Of a stretch of 64,000 nt of DNA, positions 1 through 10,939 are shown piece after piece. Every line of letters starts with the position of its first letter. Position 1 is the stretch's first letter. The notes under the pieces were generated by a model. The model saw only the letters and a program-made list of their open reading frames with translations, was not told where the DNA came from and ran no database searches. The stretch is from Dehalococcoidia bacterium (GTDB lineage Bacteria; Chloroflexota; Dehalococcoidia; Bin125), in assembly GCA_022825265.1 (NCBI GenBank), contig JAJDXE010000015.1, positions 6,468 through 70,467 of the forward strand. The letters run 5' to 3'. The translations under genes and the position numbers were made by a program.

Positions 1-72
1 TCGGTGGTCGGACCGATCGCGCGGATGTAGCGAGAGCGCTCCAGCAGCTCGTCGATTTGCTCGTTCAGGTTC
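1..72 (-). CDS. 5' end (N-terminus MNLNEQIDELLERSRYIRAIGPTT...) of an unidentified CDS running off the window start
   Basis: Reverse complement of 1-72 begins with ATG and reads an open frame to the window edge. No family recognised. Confidence 0.3.
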
Positions 73-101
73 ATGGAGCAGAGTGTACCGCAGGGTCGCG
101 C

Positions 102-665
102 TCAAACAGTCCACTGCTCATCGAGTGTCCCACCCCGATCGTCCCAGCACAGCACTAGTCCATCCTGCCAGCGCTGGCCTGCTCGTTCCCAGTTGGATTG
201 GTCCAGACGCTCTGGGGTCGGCAAGCCCATCAAGATGCCGTCCTCCTTCGGTTGCGAATAGAGGTTGCGTCGCACCGCTTCTTCGATGAACCCTCGGCTG
301 CGGTAAAGCGTTCTCGCCGTCTGGTTCGATTCGCGAACCTCAAGCTGGATGACCGTGCACTCGAGCCGCTGGGCGAGCCTCAGCACACAGTTGAGCAACA
401 ACGCGCCGAGCCCCTGTCCCTGGCGTTCGGGATCGACGGCGAACGTACAGAGATGCAATTGGTCGACCACATGCCAGGCGCCGAAGTAGCCGAGGATCTG
501 CTGCTGATTGGTCAGCACGTAGAAGATGCTAATCGGCGATTCGGTGAGCTCGCCGGCGAAGTAGCGGCGGCTCCAGCTGGACTCGCCGAAGGCGCGTCCA
601 TCCAGTTCAGCGACGACATCGATATCGTCGAGGGTCATCGGCCGCAGCAGTAGCTGATTCGTCAT
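102..665 (-). CDS. GNAT family N-acetyltransferase (RimI-like)
   Basis: 187-aa ORF with an acetyl-CoA binding motif (QGQGLGALLL) and a RimI-like layout. Confidence 0.75.
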   Translation of the reverse strand: MTNQLLLRPMTLDDIDVVAELDGRAFGESSWSRRYFAGELTESPISIFYVLTNQQQILGYFGAWHVVDQLHLCTFAVDPERQGQGLGALLLNCVLRLAQRLECTVIQLEVRESNQTARTLYRSRGFIEEAVRRNLYSQPKEDGILMGLPTPERLDQSNWERAGQRWQDGLVLCWDDRGGTLDEQWTV

Positions 666-835
666 GTCTTCCGAGGTTGTCGAACTGTCGCCGCATCGGT
701 CAGAGTAGGTGGGTGCAACGCTCGCAACTGTCGAGTTTCGAGGCGAGCACTATACTGCTGCTGAGTTATGACTGAATTCCAGCGGCGCGCCGACGCCTGG
801 GCGATGTCCGAGAGCCGCCCGGTCGGGAGCCGAAA

Positions 836-2710
836 TTGACCACCCTGACGACCCAGGTCGAGCCGCAGCGACGGCTTCGAATGCCGGTCTCGGTGCTGAT
901 CCTGGGGCGCGTGATGCGCTTCGCCCTTCCCTACTGGAAGGGTCTCTCGGTGACCGGCATTGCGATCCTGGCGACGGCCGGGTTTGCGATCGCGACGCCA
1001 TGGCTGCTGCGCTGGGCAATCGACACAGCAATCTCCACGGAGATCGTCAACGGCGACACCGTGATTTCGATCACTGGATGGCTCGTGGCGATCGCCGGTC
1101 TCGCCCTGGTCGGCGCGGCGGTGCTGCGCGGGACCTCGATGTTTGTCCAGCGCTATCTGGCCGAGTGGGTCGGTCAGACCGTCGCCTACGACCTGCGCAA
1201 CGCGATCTATCAGCGTTTGCAGACGCTCTCATTCCGCTTCCACGACGGCGCCGAGACGGGCCAGATTATGGTCCGCGCGACGCAGGACGTCGAGGTCGTG
1301 CGGATGTTCATCAACTTCGGTGGTGTGCAGCTCACGTTCACGCTGGTGCTTGGCATCGGCACGCTCGTGATCATGCTGCTGATCAACTGGCCGCTCGCGC
1401 TGATGGTCTGGGGCATCATGATCATCATCTCGGCCCGCTCGGCCTTCGTCGCCCGGCGGCTGCGCCCGATCTGGAACGATGTGCAAGAGTCGCAGGCGCA
1501 ACTCGGCACGGTGCTGCAGGAAGCGCTCTCCGGGATTCGGGTGGTGAAGGCCTTCGGTCGCTCAGAGTTTGAGGGTCAGAAGTTCGGCCGAGCAGCCGGC
1601 TGGTTGCAGCAGCGCTCTTACGACGCCTCGATGGTCCAGGCGGTGAACATGCCGCTGATGACGATGCTCGGCGCGGCCGCGATCGTGCTCACCATCTGGT
1701 ACGGAGGTCGCGAGGTCGTGAACGGCAACTTCACGGTCGGCGAGCTGACCATGTTCCTGATGTTCCTGACCATCCTGCAGATGCCGATTCGCGGTCTCGG
1801 CTGGATGGTGATGATGGTCCCGCGCGCGGCGACAGCCGGCGTGCGCATCTTCGAGATCCTGGACCAAGAATCAGAGGTCCAGGAAAACCCGGACGCGGTT
1901 GCCCCCGAGCGTCCCCAAGGCCACGTCAAGTTTGAGGGTGTCAGCTTCGCCTACGACCCGCGCTCGCCGGTCTTGGGGAACATCGACTTCGAGGCCAAGC
2001 CGGGCGAGCTGATCGCACTGCTCGGCCTGACCGGCAGCGGCAAGACCACGGTGGTCAACCTGATTCCGCGCTTCTACGACGTCAGCACCGGACGCGTGAC
2101 CTTCGACGATCAGGACGTACGCGACTGGCCGCTGGAGGCGCTGCGCCAGCAGGTGGCGATCGTGCAGCAGGAAGTCTTCCTGTTCGCGGCTTCGCTGAAG
2201 GAGAACATCGCCTACGGCCGCCCGGATGCGACTGACGAGGAGATTGAGGCCGCCGCCAAGCTGGCGCGGATTCACCACTTCATCAATCGCCTGCCCGAAA
2301 AGTACAACACCTGGGTCGGCGAGCGCGGGGCCAACTTCTCGGGCGGACAGAAGCAGCGAATCGCAATTGCGCGCGCGCTGCTCATGGACCCGAGAGTGCT
2401 GATTTTCGACGACTCAACCTCCTCAGTCGACGCGGCCACCGAGTTTGAAATCCAACAGGCGATGGCCGCGTTGATGCGCGGTCGGACCACGTTCGTGATT
2501 GCTCACCGGCTGCGGTCGCTGCGTGAGGCCGACCAGATCCTTGTCTTGGACAAGGGCCAGATCGTCCAGCGCGGCAAACATGACGAGCTGCTTGAGCAGG
2601 GCGGCCTCTACCGCGAGATCTACGAGTTGGAGCTGCGCGATCAGGAGTCGGCGGGCGCGCACGCCGTCGAGCCGGTCGAGGCCGTCGCCGCAGTGGGCGG
2701 GAGCGGCTAG
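836..2710 (+). CDS. ABC transporter ATP-binding/permease protein (type I exporter half-transporter, subunit 1)
   Basis: N-terminal 6-TM domain, Walker A GLTGSGKTT, signature FSGGQKQRIAIARAL, Walker B LIFDD. The track start is a TTG; an internal ATG (MPVSV, about 881) is also possible. Confidence 0.9.
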   Translation: MTTLTTQVEPQRRLRMPVSVLILGRVMRFALPYWKGLSVTGIAILATAGFAIATPWLLRWAIDTAISTEIVNGDTVISITGWLVAIAGLALVGAAVLRGTSMFVQRYLAEWVGQTVAYDLRNAIYQRLQTLSFRFHDGAETGQIMVRATQDVEVVRMFINFGGVQLTFTLVLGIGTLVIMLLINWPLALMVWGIMIIISARSAFVARRLRPIWNDVQESQAQLGTVLQEALSGIRVVKAFGRSEFEGQKFGRAAGWLQQRSYDASMVQAVNMPLMTMLGAAAIVLTIWYGGREVVNGNFTVGELTMFLMFLTILQMPIRGLGWMVMMVPRAATAGVRIFEILDQESEVQENPDAVAPERPQGHVKFEGVSFAYDPRSPVLGNIDFEAKPGELIALLGLTGSGKTTVVNLIPRFYDVSTGRVTFDDQDVRDWPLEALRQQVAIVQQEVFLFAASLKENIAYGRPDATDEEIEAAAKLARIHHFINRLPEKYNTWVGERGANFSGGQKQRIAIARALLMDPRVLIFDDSTSSVDAATEFEIQQAMAALMRGRTTFVIAHRLRSLREADQILVLDKGQIVQRGKHDELLEQGGLYREIYELELRDQESAGAHAVEPVEAVAAVGGSG

Positions 2711-4723
2711 ATGGGCATGATGGGCGGCGGGATGGCCGGTGGTTGGACCTCCAACCTGGGCGGAGGCGGACACGGTCCGCGCAGCGCCTGGGCGAGCTCC
2801 GCCTCCATGGCTGACGGCTGGGACAAGGAATACGGCTCGCTCTACAACCCGCGCCTGGTGCGCCGGTTCGGCCGCTACATCGGCCCGCACAAGAAGCGGC
2901 TCGGCGCGGCGATCGTCGCCAACGCCTTCTTCGCAGTCGCATTCAACATCCAGGTCTTGGTCGTGTACCAGGCGCTGCAAGGCGCGCTGGAGAACGGCAT
3001 CCTCTCTGAACTTGACCGGATCGCGATCGCCTTTGGTGTGATCGTGCTCGTCTCCTGGGGCGCGGAGTTTCTGCGCCAGTGGTTGATGGCCAACGTCGGC
3101 CATCCAATCTTGAGACGCATGCGTCAGGAGGTCTTTGATCACCTGATGCGCCTGGAGCATCGTTTCTATGACCGAGGCGAGGTTGGCGCGATCATGTCGC
3201 GGGTGACCTCCGACGTGCAGGTCTTGCAGGAAATGCTGACATCTGGCGTCTTGACGGTGATCGGCGACATTTTTGGTCTCGTGATCATCATGGCGGTCAT
3301 GTTGTTCATCGACTGGCAGTTGGCGCTGGTCTCGTTCGCGGTGCTGCCAATCCTGATCGTCTCGATGGCCTGGTGGAGCAAGCGCGCTCGGATGGCGTTC
3401 CTCGAGACCCGGGTCGCGATTGCGGCGGTCAACTCGACCTTGAACGAAGACCTCAACGGTGTTCGCGTCGTGCAGAGTCTGAACCGCGAGTCGGAGAACG
3501 CCAAGCGGTTCGACCGCATCAACAACTGGAATCTGCGCGCGACTCGCAAAGCAGGGTTGCTCTCGGCGGCGATCATGCCGCTGGTGGAAATCCTGATCGC
3601 CCTCGCAACCGCACTCATCATCGTGGTCGCGGCGGTCCGACTCAGCGGCGGCGGACTGGACGAGGCTGCCGGCGTCGCCGCGATCATCGCCTTCGCGATC
3701 GGCATCCAGCGGTTCTTCGACCCCGTCCGCGACCTCGTCTTGCAGTACACGATGTTCCAGCGCGCAATGGCCGGCGCGGAGCGAGTCTTCGAGGTGCTCG
3801 ACACAGAACCTGAAATCGAGGACTCGGCCGATGCCCAGGACCTGCCCGACATTGCCGGACATGTGCACTTCGACAACGTCTCACTGGAGTACGTCGACGG
3901 CGTGCGAGTCCTGTTCGATCTCGACCTCGAAGTGCAGCCCGGCGAGACGGTCGCCCTGGTCGGTGAAACCGGCGCCGGCAAGACTTCGATCACATCGCTG
4001 ATCACGCGCAACTACGAGGTGACCGAAGGGGCGGTGCGGATCGACGGTCACGACGTGCGCGACGTGACGCGCGCGTCCCTGGTCCAGCGAGTCGGCGTGG
4101 TCCTGCAGGACCCGTTCCTCTTCTCAGGCACAGTGCTCGACAACATCATGTACGGCAACCTGGAAGCCTCCCGCGAGCAGGCGATCGACGCTGCCAAGGT
4201 GGTCGGCGCGGACGAGTGGATCGAGCGTCTCCCGCAGAGCTATGACACGCCGTTGGCGGAACGCGCCCAGAATCTCTCGATCGGACAGCGTCAGCTCGTG
4301 GCCTTCGCTCGCGCGATCCTCAGCGATCCGCGCATCCTGATCCTCGATGAGGCGACCGCCAACGTCGACTCTCAAACAGAGGCGCTGATCCAGGAGGCGA
4401 TCGCCCGAGTCATGCGCGGCCGGACCGCATTCGTGATCGCGCACCGGCTCTCGACGATTCGCGCCGTCGACCGGATCATTGTGCTCGAGTACGGACGAAT
4501 CCTCGAACAGGGCTCCCACGACGAGCTACTGGCGATCGATGGTCACTACGCCAAGCTCTACCGGATGATGTACGCAGCGCAGGAGTCAGTCGAGTTCGAT
4601 GAGGACGCAGCACTGGCGGTTCTCGATCGGATGCGAGAGCGGATTGGCGCCAACGGCCGCAACGGGACGAATGGCGCCGTCGCATCGTCAGACAAGAGCG
4701 AGCCGGCCCTGGCGCTCGACTAG
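2711..4723 (+). CDS. ABC transporter ATP-binding/permease protein (subunit 2 of a heterodimeric exporter)
   Basis: Walker A GETGAGKTS, signature LSIGQRQLVAFARAIL, Walker B LILDEATANVD. Its ATG directly abuts the stop of subunit 1 (TAGATG). A Gly-rich N-terminal stretch makes the start uncertain; an alternative start is MADGW at about 2807. Confidence 0.88.
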   Translation: MGMMGGGMAGGWTSNLGGGGHGPRSAWASSASMADGWDKEYGSLYNPRLVRRFGRYIGPHKKRLGAAIVANAFFAVAFNIQVLVVYQALQGALENGILSELDRIAIAFGVIVLVSWGAEFLRQWLMANVGHPILRRMRQEVFDHLMRLEHRFYDRGEVGAIMSRVTSDVQVLQEMLTSGVLTVIGDIFGLVIIMAVMLFIDWQLALVSFAVLPILIVSMAWWSKRARMAFLETRVAIAAVNSTLNEDLNGVRVVQSLNRESENAKRFDRINNWNLRATRKAGLLSAAIMPLVEILIALATALIIVVAAVRLSGGGLDEAAGVAAIIAFAIGIQRFFDPVRDLVLQYTMFQRAMAGAERVFEVLDTEPEIEDSADAQDLPDIAGHVHFDNVSLEYVDGVRVLFDLDLEVQPGETVALVGETGAGKTSITSLITRNYEVTEGAVRIDGHDVRDVTRASLVQRVGVVLQDPFLFSGTVLDNIMYGNLEASREQAIDAAKVVGADEWIERLPQSYDTPLAERAQNLSIGQRQLVAFARAILSDPRILILDEATANVDSQTEALIQEAIARVMRGRTAFVIAHRLSTIRAVDRIIVLEYGRILEQGSHDELLAIDGHYAKLYRMMYAAQESVEFDEDAALAVLDRMRERIGANGRNGTNGAVASSDKSEPALALD

Positions 4724-4728
4724 CGCCG

Positions 4729-5798
<1,070 letters not shown>

Positions 5799-5802
<4 letters not shown>

Positions 5803-6395
5803 ACCGCCCGCCTGAGGAACGCGTTGCGGCTGGCAACCGCGAGCGGATGCAACGGTAGCCCGTTGTTCAACTGACTGGTCAGACGACGTTCCAGGAACAT
5901 GGCCGCCGCCGCGTACAGATCGTGCTCGGCCGCCGCGGCGACCGCGAAGAGGCCGGGGTCTCGCTGCATCTTGCGAGGGTCGACCTTGTCGGCCAGGAAG
6001 ACGGCGAGAGCCTCGAGCGAGTAATCGGGATGAGCAGTGGTGTGGTACGCGATCGAAGTCAGAATCTCCTCGTGCTCAACGTCCATGGTCTCTCGCGCGT
6101 AGGCGGCTGCCAGTGGTCCGTGCAGGACGATCGGCGCGGCCAGTTCGTCTTCACTGATCGGAACGCGGTAGTGCCGTGACAGGGCGATGAGCTCGGCGTC
6201 CTTGCAGTGCCGGAAGAGGTCATGGCCGGCAGCCGCGGCCGCGCAAATGTCGCGGTCGAGCTCATGAATGGCGGCCAGCCGCAGTGCGCCGCGTTCCACA
6301 CGCTTGACATGCTTCTGCAGCTTGCCGGGACGGTCGCTCATCACCTCGGCGAAGCGTGCTCGGATCGCTTCAGGATCGCTGAGCGCGGTGGTCAT
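5799..6395 (-). CDS. HD-domain phosphohydrolase, YqeK-like (bis(5'-nucleosyl)-tetraphosphatase family)
   Basis: HD motif and a C-terminal block [16 protein letters not shown] that matches the YqeK pattern IRYHTTG..YLADYIEPGR. It overlaps the ruvB start by 4 nt (ATGA). Confidence 0.65.
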
Positions 6396-6907
6396 CGACG
6401 GCCTCGGCGGCGATTCTCTTCCTCGTCCGGCTGCTCAAGCTGGACCCCGATGAACTCGGACACAGCTTTGCCGACATCGAGCGCCTCTTGATGGGTTGGG
6501 AAGCGTCCGATTCGCATGAGTTGACCGTCGGCGAAGGCGATGTGAGCGGTGTGCGTGCCGCTGAACTGCAGCAGGATCGGGCGAGACCGCTGGTGCTTCA
6601 TGGTGATCGTCTCGACGTCGTACAGCTCGAAGCTCCACTGCCGATTGACGACCCAGAGCATCGACTGGCGCACCTGCGCCGTGTCATCCTCCAGATCGAA
6701 GTCGACCTCGAGCACGTCGCCTCCGATCACGCCGAGGATCGCCCAGAGAATGCCTCCGCCGAAATAGCCGGCCGCTGCGCCGATGATCGCGGCGCCAAGC
6801 GGGTCCGAACCACCGAACGTACCGACCGCGATCAGGGCCACGATCGCCGCTGGAATGGCCCCGTACGCCCAGTTGGGCAAGGGCGACCAAAAGGTGCGGA
6901 GCCGCAT
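6392..6907 (-). CDS. hypothetical membrane-anchored protein
   Basis: An internal start at MRLRTFW is chosen to avoid overlap with the divergent ORF. N-terminal hydrophobic Gly/Ala-rich TM segment. 4-nt overlap with the downstream HD gene. Confidence 0.45.
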   Translation of the reverse strand: MRLRTFWSPLPNWAYGAIPAAIVALIAVGTFGGSDPLGAAIIGAAAGYFGGGILWAILGVIGGDVLEVDFDLEDDTAQVRQSMLWVVNRQWSFELYDVETITMKHQRSRPILLQFSGTHTAHIAFADGQLMRIGRFPTHQEALDVGKAVSEFIGVQLEQPDEEENRRRGRR

Positions 6908-7007
6908 CGTATCCTGATTTGGATAGGAGAGGCGCACGATGGAGGAGCGCGTCTGCGGCGCAACCGGTTCCGGCGCGTCAGCGGGTCGACGGCGTCTTCT
7001 ACGGGCC

Positions 7008-7244
7008 ATGATCAGAGGCTATCGGATGCACCGATGGGTAGGGTTGGCGATCGCGTTGACGAGCTGGGCGGTCTGGATGTTGCCGGCGCTGGCCCAGGAC
7101 ATCGTCATGTCGGGCAGCCGCTACTCCGCCCCGCTGTGGACGTGGATCACCGCGATCGCAGTGGCCGCGGGATTGAGCGTCGTGGGCCTGGCGATTGGAT
7201 TCTGGTTCCTACGCAAGCGAGCGCGGATTGACTCTTCCGACTGA
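7008..7244 (+). CDS. small hypothetical membrane protein (signal peptide plus one TM)
   Basis: MIRGYRMHRWVGLAIALTSWAVWMLPALAQD then a TM helix. No homology recognised. Confidence 0.3.
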   Translation: MIRGYRMHRWVGLAIALTSWAVWMLPALAQDIVMSGSRYSAPLWTWITAIAVAAGLSVVGLAIGFWFLRKRARIDSSD

Positions 7245-7249
7245 CAGAA

Positions 7250-7292
7250 CAAAGCGCGCTCCCGAAAGAGCGCGCTTCGTTGGTTGACTTGT
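7250..7292. terminator. bidirectional intrinsic terminator between convergent genes
   Basis: Perfect 10-bp stem AAGCGCGCTC/GAGCGCGCTT with loop CCGAAA. U-rich flanks on both strands (GUUGGUUGACUUG on plus, GCUUUGUUCUGUC on minus). Confidence 0.6.
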
Positions 7293-7302
7293 CTGAGAGC
7301 TG

Positions 7303-8433
7303 TTAGATCTCGAGCAGCTCGGCGACCTTCTCGCGGTGGTGGTCGGCGTCGCCCCACATCAGCTCGGCCATCTTCTGGCGGCGGAAGTAGAGCTGGATGA
7401 TGTACTCCTTGGTGAAGCCGATGCCACCGTGGATCTGCTGGCCGTGGGCGACCACGCGGCGCGTGGCGTCGGAGCACCAGGCCTTGGCCATGGCGACCTG
7501 CAGGTCGGCGTCATCTTCTCCCTCGGTCACCGCCCAGGCGGCGCGGTACATGATGAAGCGCGAGCCATCGACATCGGTGATCATGTCGGCGGCCTTGTGC
7601 TGGATCGCCTGGAATGAGCCGATCGGGCGGCCGAACTGGATGCGCTCCTTGGCGTAGTCGACCGAGATTTCGAAGTCGCGCTGGGCCAGACCGACGAGGT
7701 AGGCGCAGTAAGCGACGGTGAAATAGCGCTTGGCGACTTCGATGATTGGCCAGATGCTACCGACTTCACCGAGCACCGCGTCGGCGCCAACACGGACGCC
7801 GTCGAGTTTGACTTCGCACTGCTTGTCGGCGGCGATGGTCTGCAGGACGGTCGTGCTTAGCCCGTCGGCGTTGCCTGGAACGAGGAAAAGCGAGACGCCT
7901 TCATCGCCTTCAGAGCCCGGGGTGCGGGCGGCGACGAGGATGGTGTCGGCGACGTGAGCATCGGGAATGAACAGCTTGGTGCCGTTGAGCACGAAGCCGT
8001 CCCCGTCGGCCTCGGCGGTCGTCTCAATGCCGGAGCTGTCGAAGCGAGCCGACGGTTCGGTCAGGGCAAAGGTCATCACGTGCTGGCCGGCCGCGACGGC
8101 GGTGCAGTACTGCTGCTTCTGCGCGTCAGTGCCGATCGCCTCGACGAAGCCGGCGGTGAGCACGGTGTTGATGAACGGTCCCGGGACCAGCGCGCGGCCG
8201 AACTCTTCCAGCAGCACGCAGAGGTCGAGGAAGTTGAGGCCGGCGCCGCCGAGTTCCTCAGCCGTGATCAGCCCCATCCAACCCTGGTTGGCCATGCCGT
8301 TCCAGAGGTCGTCGGTGTAGCCGCGCTCATCCTCCTCCATGTCGCGCACGAGCTTCTCCGTGCACTCGTTGGTCAGGAAGTCGCGGGCGAAGTTCTTCAG
8401 CAGTTCCTGCTCTTCGGTCAGTCCGAGATCCAT
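7303..8433 (-). CDS. acyl-CoA dehydrogenase
   Basis: Internal start MDLGLTEEQELL with GGAGGA RBS upstream. Full ACAD fold with a C-terminal catalytic region (GGIGFTKEY). The 559-aa track ORF has a spurious N-terminal extension. Confidence 0.9.
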   Translation of the reverse strand: MDLGLTEEQELLKNFARDFLTNECTEKLVRDMEEDERGYTDDLWNGMANQGWMGLITAEELGGAGLNFLDLCVLLEEFGRALVPGPFINTVLTAGFVEAIGTDAQKQQYCTAVAAGQHVMTFALTEPSARFDSSGIETTAEADGDGFVLNGTKLFIPDAHVADTILVAARTPGSEGDEGVSLFLVPGNADGLSTTVLQTIAADKQCEVKLDGVRVGADAVLGEVGSIWPIIEVAKRYFTVAYCAYLVGLAQRDFEISVDYAKERIQFGRPIGSFQAIQHKAADMITDVDGSRFIMYRAAWAVTEGEDDADLQVAMAKAWCSDATRRVVAHGQQIHGGIGFTKEYIIQLYFRRQKMAELMWGDADHHREKVAELLEI

Positions 8434-8607
8434 GTCGTCCTCCGTCGCGGCCCAATTGTGAGAAAGCTGGGTCCGCAGATCTGCGTGTGGAGTGGGCACG
8501 CCGAAGCGCGCAACGCGTTTGAGACTATCGGATAGCTGTCTATCGCGCCAGATAACAGAAGCGACAATCACAGCCGTAGCCGGGCACGCCCGGGATATCC
8601 TCAGCGG

Positions 8608-10728
8608 GTGAGTGCGGGAATGACCGGGCGAGGCCCGCGCCGTACACGGTTGACGGCGATGATCGCTGCCGCCGCCCTGCTGGTGGCGGCGGCTGGCGCG
8701 TTCGTGCCATGGCGCGCTAATCCTGTGTCGGCCGAGGAGTTCAATCCCGTCGTCCGCAGCGGCGCCATTGACGGCCCGCTCGACGTCGATTGGTTCGTGC
8801 TGTTCGCGCTGGCAGGCGAGAGCTACGCCATCTCGCTGGAGCGCAACACACTGTTGGCGGGTGAAATTACCATCTGGAAGCCGGCGACTGACGAATCGGA
8901 TGCGCGCATCGTCGCGCGGTCGTCCGGTCTCGATGTTCCCCTGATTTGGACGGCGCCCGAGAGTGGCGCCTGGCGAGCGCAAGTCTCGGGAGTAAGGGGC
9001 GCGACGGGGTCCTATCGGCTACGGATCCGCAACCACACCGATGCCATCGGCTCTGACCTCGCAACGGCCAAGCTGGGCGCGTACGACGAACGCGGGGTGC
9101 TGATCGAACGATCGGCGATCGACAACGCCGGGGACGCCGATTGGTTCGCCTTTCCCGTGGCCTCCGGGAACCGCTACCGGATTTGGTCGGTACTCGGATC
9201 TGTGACCGGACTGTCGGCGGCCATCCGCCTGCCCGGACAGAATTCGTTTCGCGAACTGGACCGTTATGGGAACTCCTTCAGCGACGCGATCGAGCCCGCC
9301 GAAGGAGGCTTGGCCGTGCTCGAGGTGAGAGCCTCTCAGGCATGGTTCATGGGTAGCTACGCCTTCGGGATTACGCGCTCGGGGGTAGAGCAGGAGCCGG
9401 AAGTCAGCCTGCCGACTCGTCAGATGCCGCGCTTGCAAATCGAATCGATCATCGGAGCGGAATCTGGCCGAACGGCTCAGTTCTCATTCCAGGGGGAATG
9501 GGGACCGATCCGTCAGAACAGTGGCCTCCGCGTCTGGATCGACATCGATCCGGGAATGGACGAGCATGAGCAAGACGAGTGGGAATTTCTCCTGTGTTCC
9601 AACGACGGCCGCAACGCCCGGCTGTGGTCCTTTGAGCAAGGGGCCTGGATCGAAACCAGCCAGGTCAGTGCCAGCGGGTTCGACACGCTGGTGATGCGCT
9701 GGTCGGGCCGGACGTCAGACCAGCAAATTCGCTGGCAGGCGAGCGTCAAGAACTGGGATGGGAGCTGGACCGTCTCGCGTCCCAGTCTGCTCGAGATCCC
9801 GGATCCCCAACCGCCGAACCCGAATCTCTGGCTTGCCCGCCAGCGGACGGGCGCTGAAGACCCGCGCTGGCAAGCCGAGTTGGAGGAAGCCGGCGTCATC
9901 CCGGGACTGGATGACGAAGCAATCGTGGTCGTTCTCGATGCCGGTCACGGCGTCGATACCGGCGCTTGGGATAACGGGGTCAAGGAAGAGGACTCGAACC
10001 TCGCGTTTGCGTTGAGAATCGAGGAGATGTTGGAAGCCGAAGGTGTCACGGTCGTCCAGACCCGGCGCTCGACCGACCGACCGTTCCTCAATCTCGACGA
10101 AGCGCTCTGGCGCGCGGATTACCAGGCGCGAGCGGAAATGGCCCATCTGGCCAGAGCCGACGTGTTCGTATCGATCCACTCCAACGCCAACTTCATGTTT
10201 CCGATCAACGGACTCGAGGCCTGGTACCTGCCTCGCTGGAACGGCGACGGCCTCAACCTGAAGCTGGCCGAAACCCTGCTTTCTCACATTCAGCAGGCAC
10301 TGGCGGATTACGGATATCGGACTGCCACCCTGACCTACGACTCATCCTGTTGGGAGCTGGTCAACGGCGCCTGCGATCCGATCTACGTCCTGGCGCCGTT
10401 CCTGTTGATGGATGCCAGCGTTGCCCGTCAATGGGACCTGGATCCCGCCGGACTGGGTCTGTCTGAGGATCCTTGGGACGTGGCGATCAACGACTGGCTC
10501 TGGCGCAACGACATTACCGTTGGCGAGCCCCCGATTGACCTGATCGATCCCGAGACGCAGTCAGGACCGGGTCGGATCGTGCGCGCCAACCTGATGCCGA
10601 CCACCTTGCTCGAGCTCCTCTATGTCACGCATGAGGCCGACGCCGGGATTCTGCGCGATCCGCAGGCGCGAGAAGTGATCGCCAGGGCAATCGCCGACGG
10701 AATCCTGGAGTTCCTCGACCTCGAGTGA
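8608..10728 (+). CDS. secreted N-acetylmuramoyl-L-alanine amidase (Amidase_3) domain protein with N-terminal repeated beta domains
   Basis: Signal-peptide-like N-terminus. Two repeats of DWF(V/A)...Y.I resembling pre-peptidase C-terminal (PPC) domains. C-terminal Amidase_3 block VVVLDAGHG...VSIHSNA. Confidence 0.8.
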   Translation: MSAGMTGRGPRRTRLTAMIAAAALLVAAAGAFVPWRANPVSAEEFNPVVRSGAIDGPLDVDWFVLFALAGESYAISLERNTLLAGEITIWKPATDESDARIVARSSGLDVPLIWTAPESGAWRAQVSGVRGATGSYRLRIRNHTDAIGSDLATAKLGAYDERGVLIERSAIDNAGDADWFAFPVASGNRYRIWSVLGSVTGLSAAIRLPGQNSFRELDRYGNSFSDAIEPAEGGLAVLEVRASQAWFMGSYAFGITRSGVEQEPEVSLPTRQMPRLQIESIIGAESGRTAQFSFQGEWGPIRQNSGLRVWIDIDPGMDEHEQDEWEFLLCSNDGRNARLWSFEQGAWIETSQVSASGFDTLVMRWSGRTSDQQIRWQASVKNWDGSWTVSRPSLLEIPDPQPPNPNLWLARQRTGAEDPRWQAELEEAGVIPGLDDEAIVVVLDAGHGVDTGAWDNGVKEEDSNLAFALRIEEMLEAEGVTVVQTRRSTDRPFLNLDEALWRADYQARAEMAHLARADVFVSIHSNANFMFPINGLEAWYLPRWNGDGLNLKLAETLLSHIQQALADYGYRTATLTYDSSCWELVNGACDPIYVLAPFLLMDASVARQWDLDPAGLGLSEDPWDVAINDWLWRNDITVGEPPIDLIDPETQSGPGRIVRANLMPTTLLELLYVTHEADAGILRDPQAREVIARAIADGILEFLDLE

Positions 10729-10939
10729 GACGCAGCCGCGGCGCAACTGCGTCGCCGGCGACGCTCGACCTGTCGCGCCAGATGCAGACTCAATCCCGAC
10801 GACTGCTCTGATACTCGTTGGCTGTGACCTCGTCAACTTGTGATTTCTGTCGCCCGAACGCCGAACCGGACGCCGACTTAAGGTCAGTTCAGAACGAAAC
10901 GCCCGGTGTGTTTCGACGGGATTCAGAGAGGCGGTCGAG

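Noticed and set aside
2423-3868. 481-aa ORF on the minus strand antisense to the ABC genes, and similar long antisense ORFs (e.g. 20736-21731, 21725-22684, 22233-23711, 37147-38718, 38822-40381, 45503-46609, 45876-47201, 48739-50094, 53954-55111, 61180-62619)
   Set aside because: They are Arg/Pro/Gly/Ala-rich low-complexity translations, typical of the wrong frame or strand in high-GC DNA. Each overlaps a gene with clear family motifs on the other strand.
6939-7244. Full 101-aa plus-strand ORF overlapping the full 205-aa minus-strand ORF (6392-7009)
   Set aside because: A head-to-head overlap of 70 nt is implausible. Internal starts (7008 plus, 6907 minus) give non-overlapping divergent genes. 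The Arg-rich N-terminal extensions look like GC artefacts.
7303-8982. The full 559-aa ORF as the acyl-CoA dehydrogenase
   Set aside because: The first about 183 residues are Arg-rich junk with no ACAD similarity. The ACAD N-terminus (MDLGLTEEQ) starts at an internal ATG with a GGAGGA RBS at 8433.
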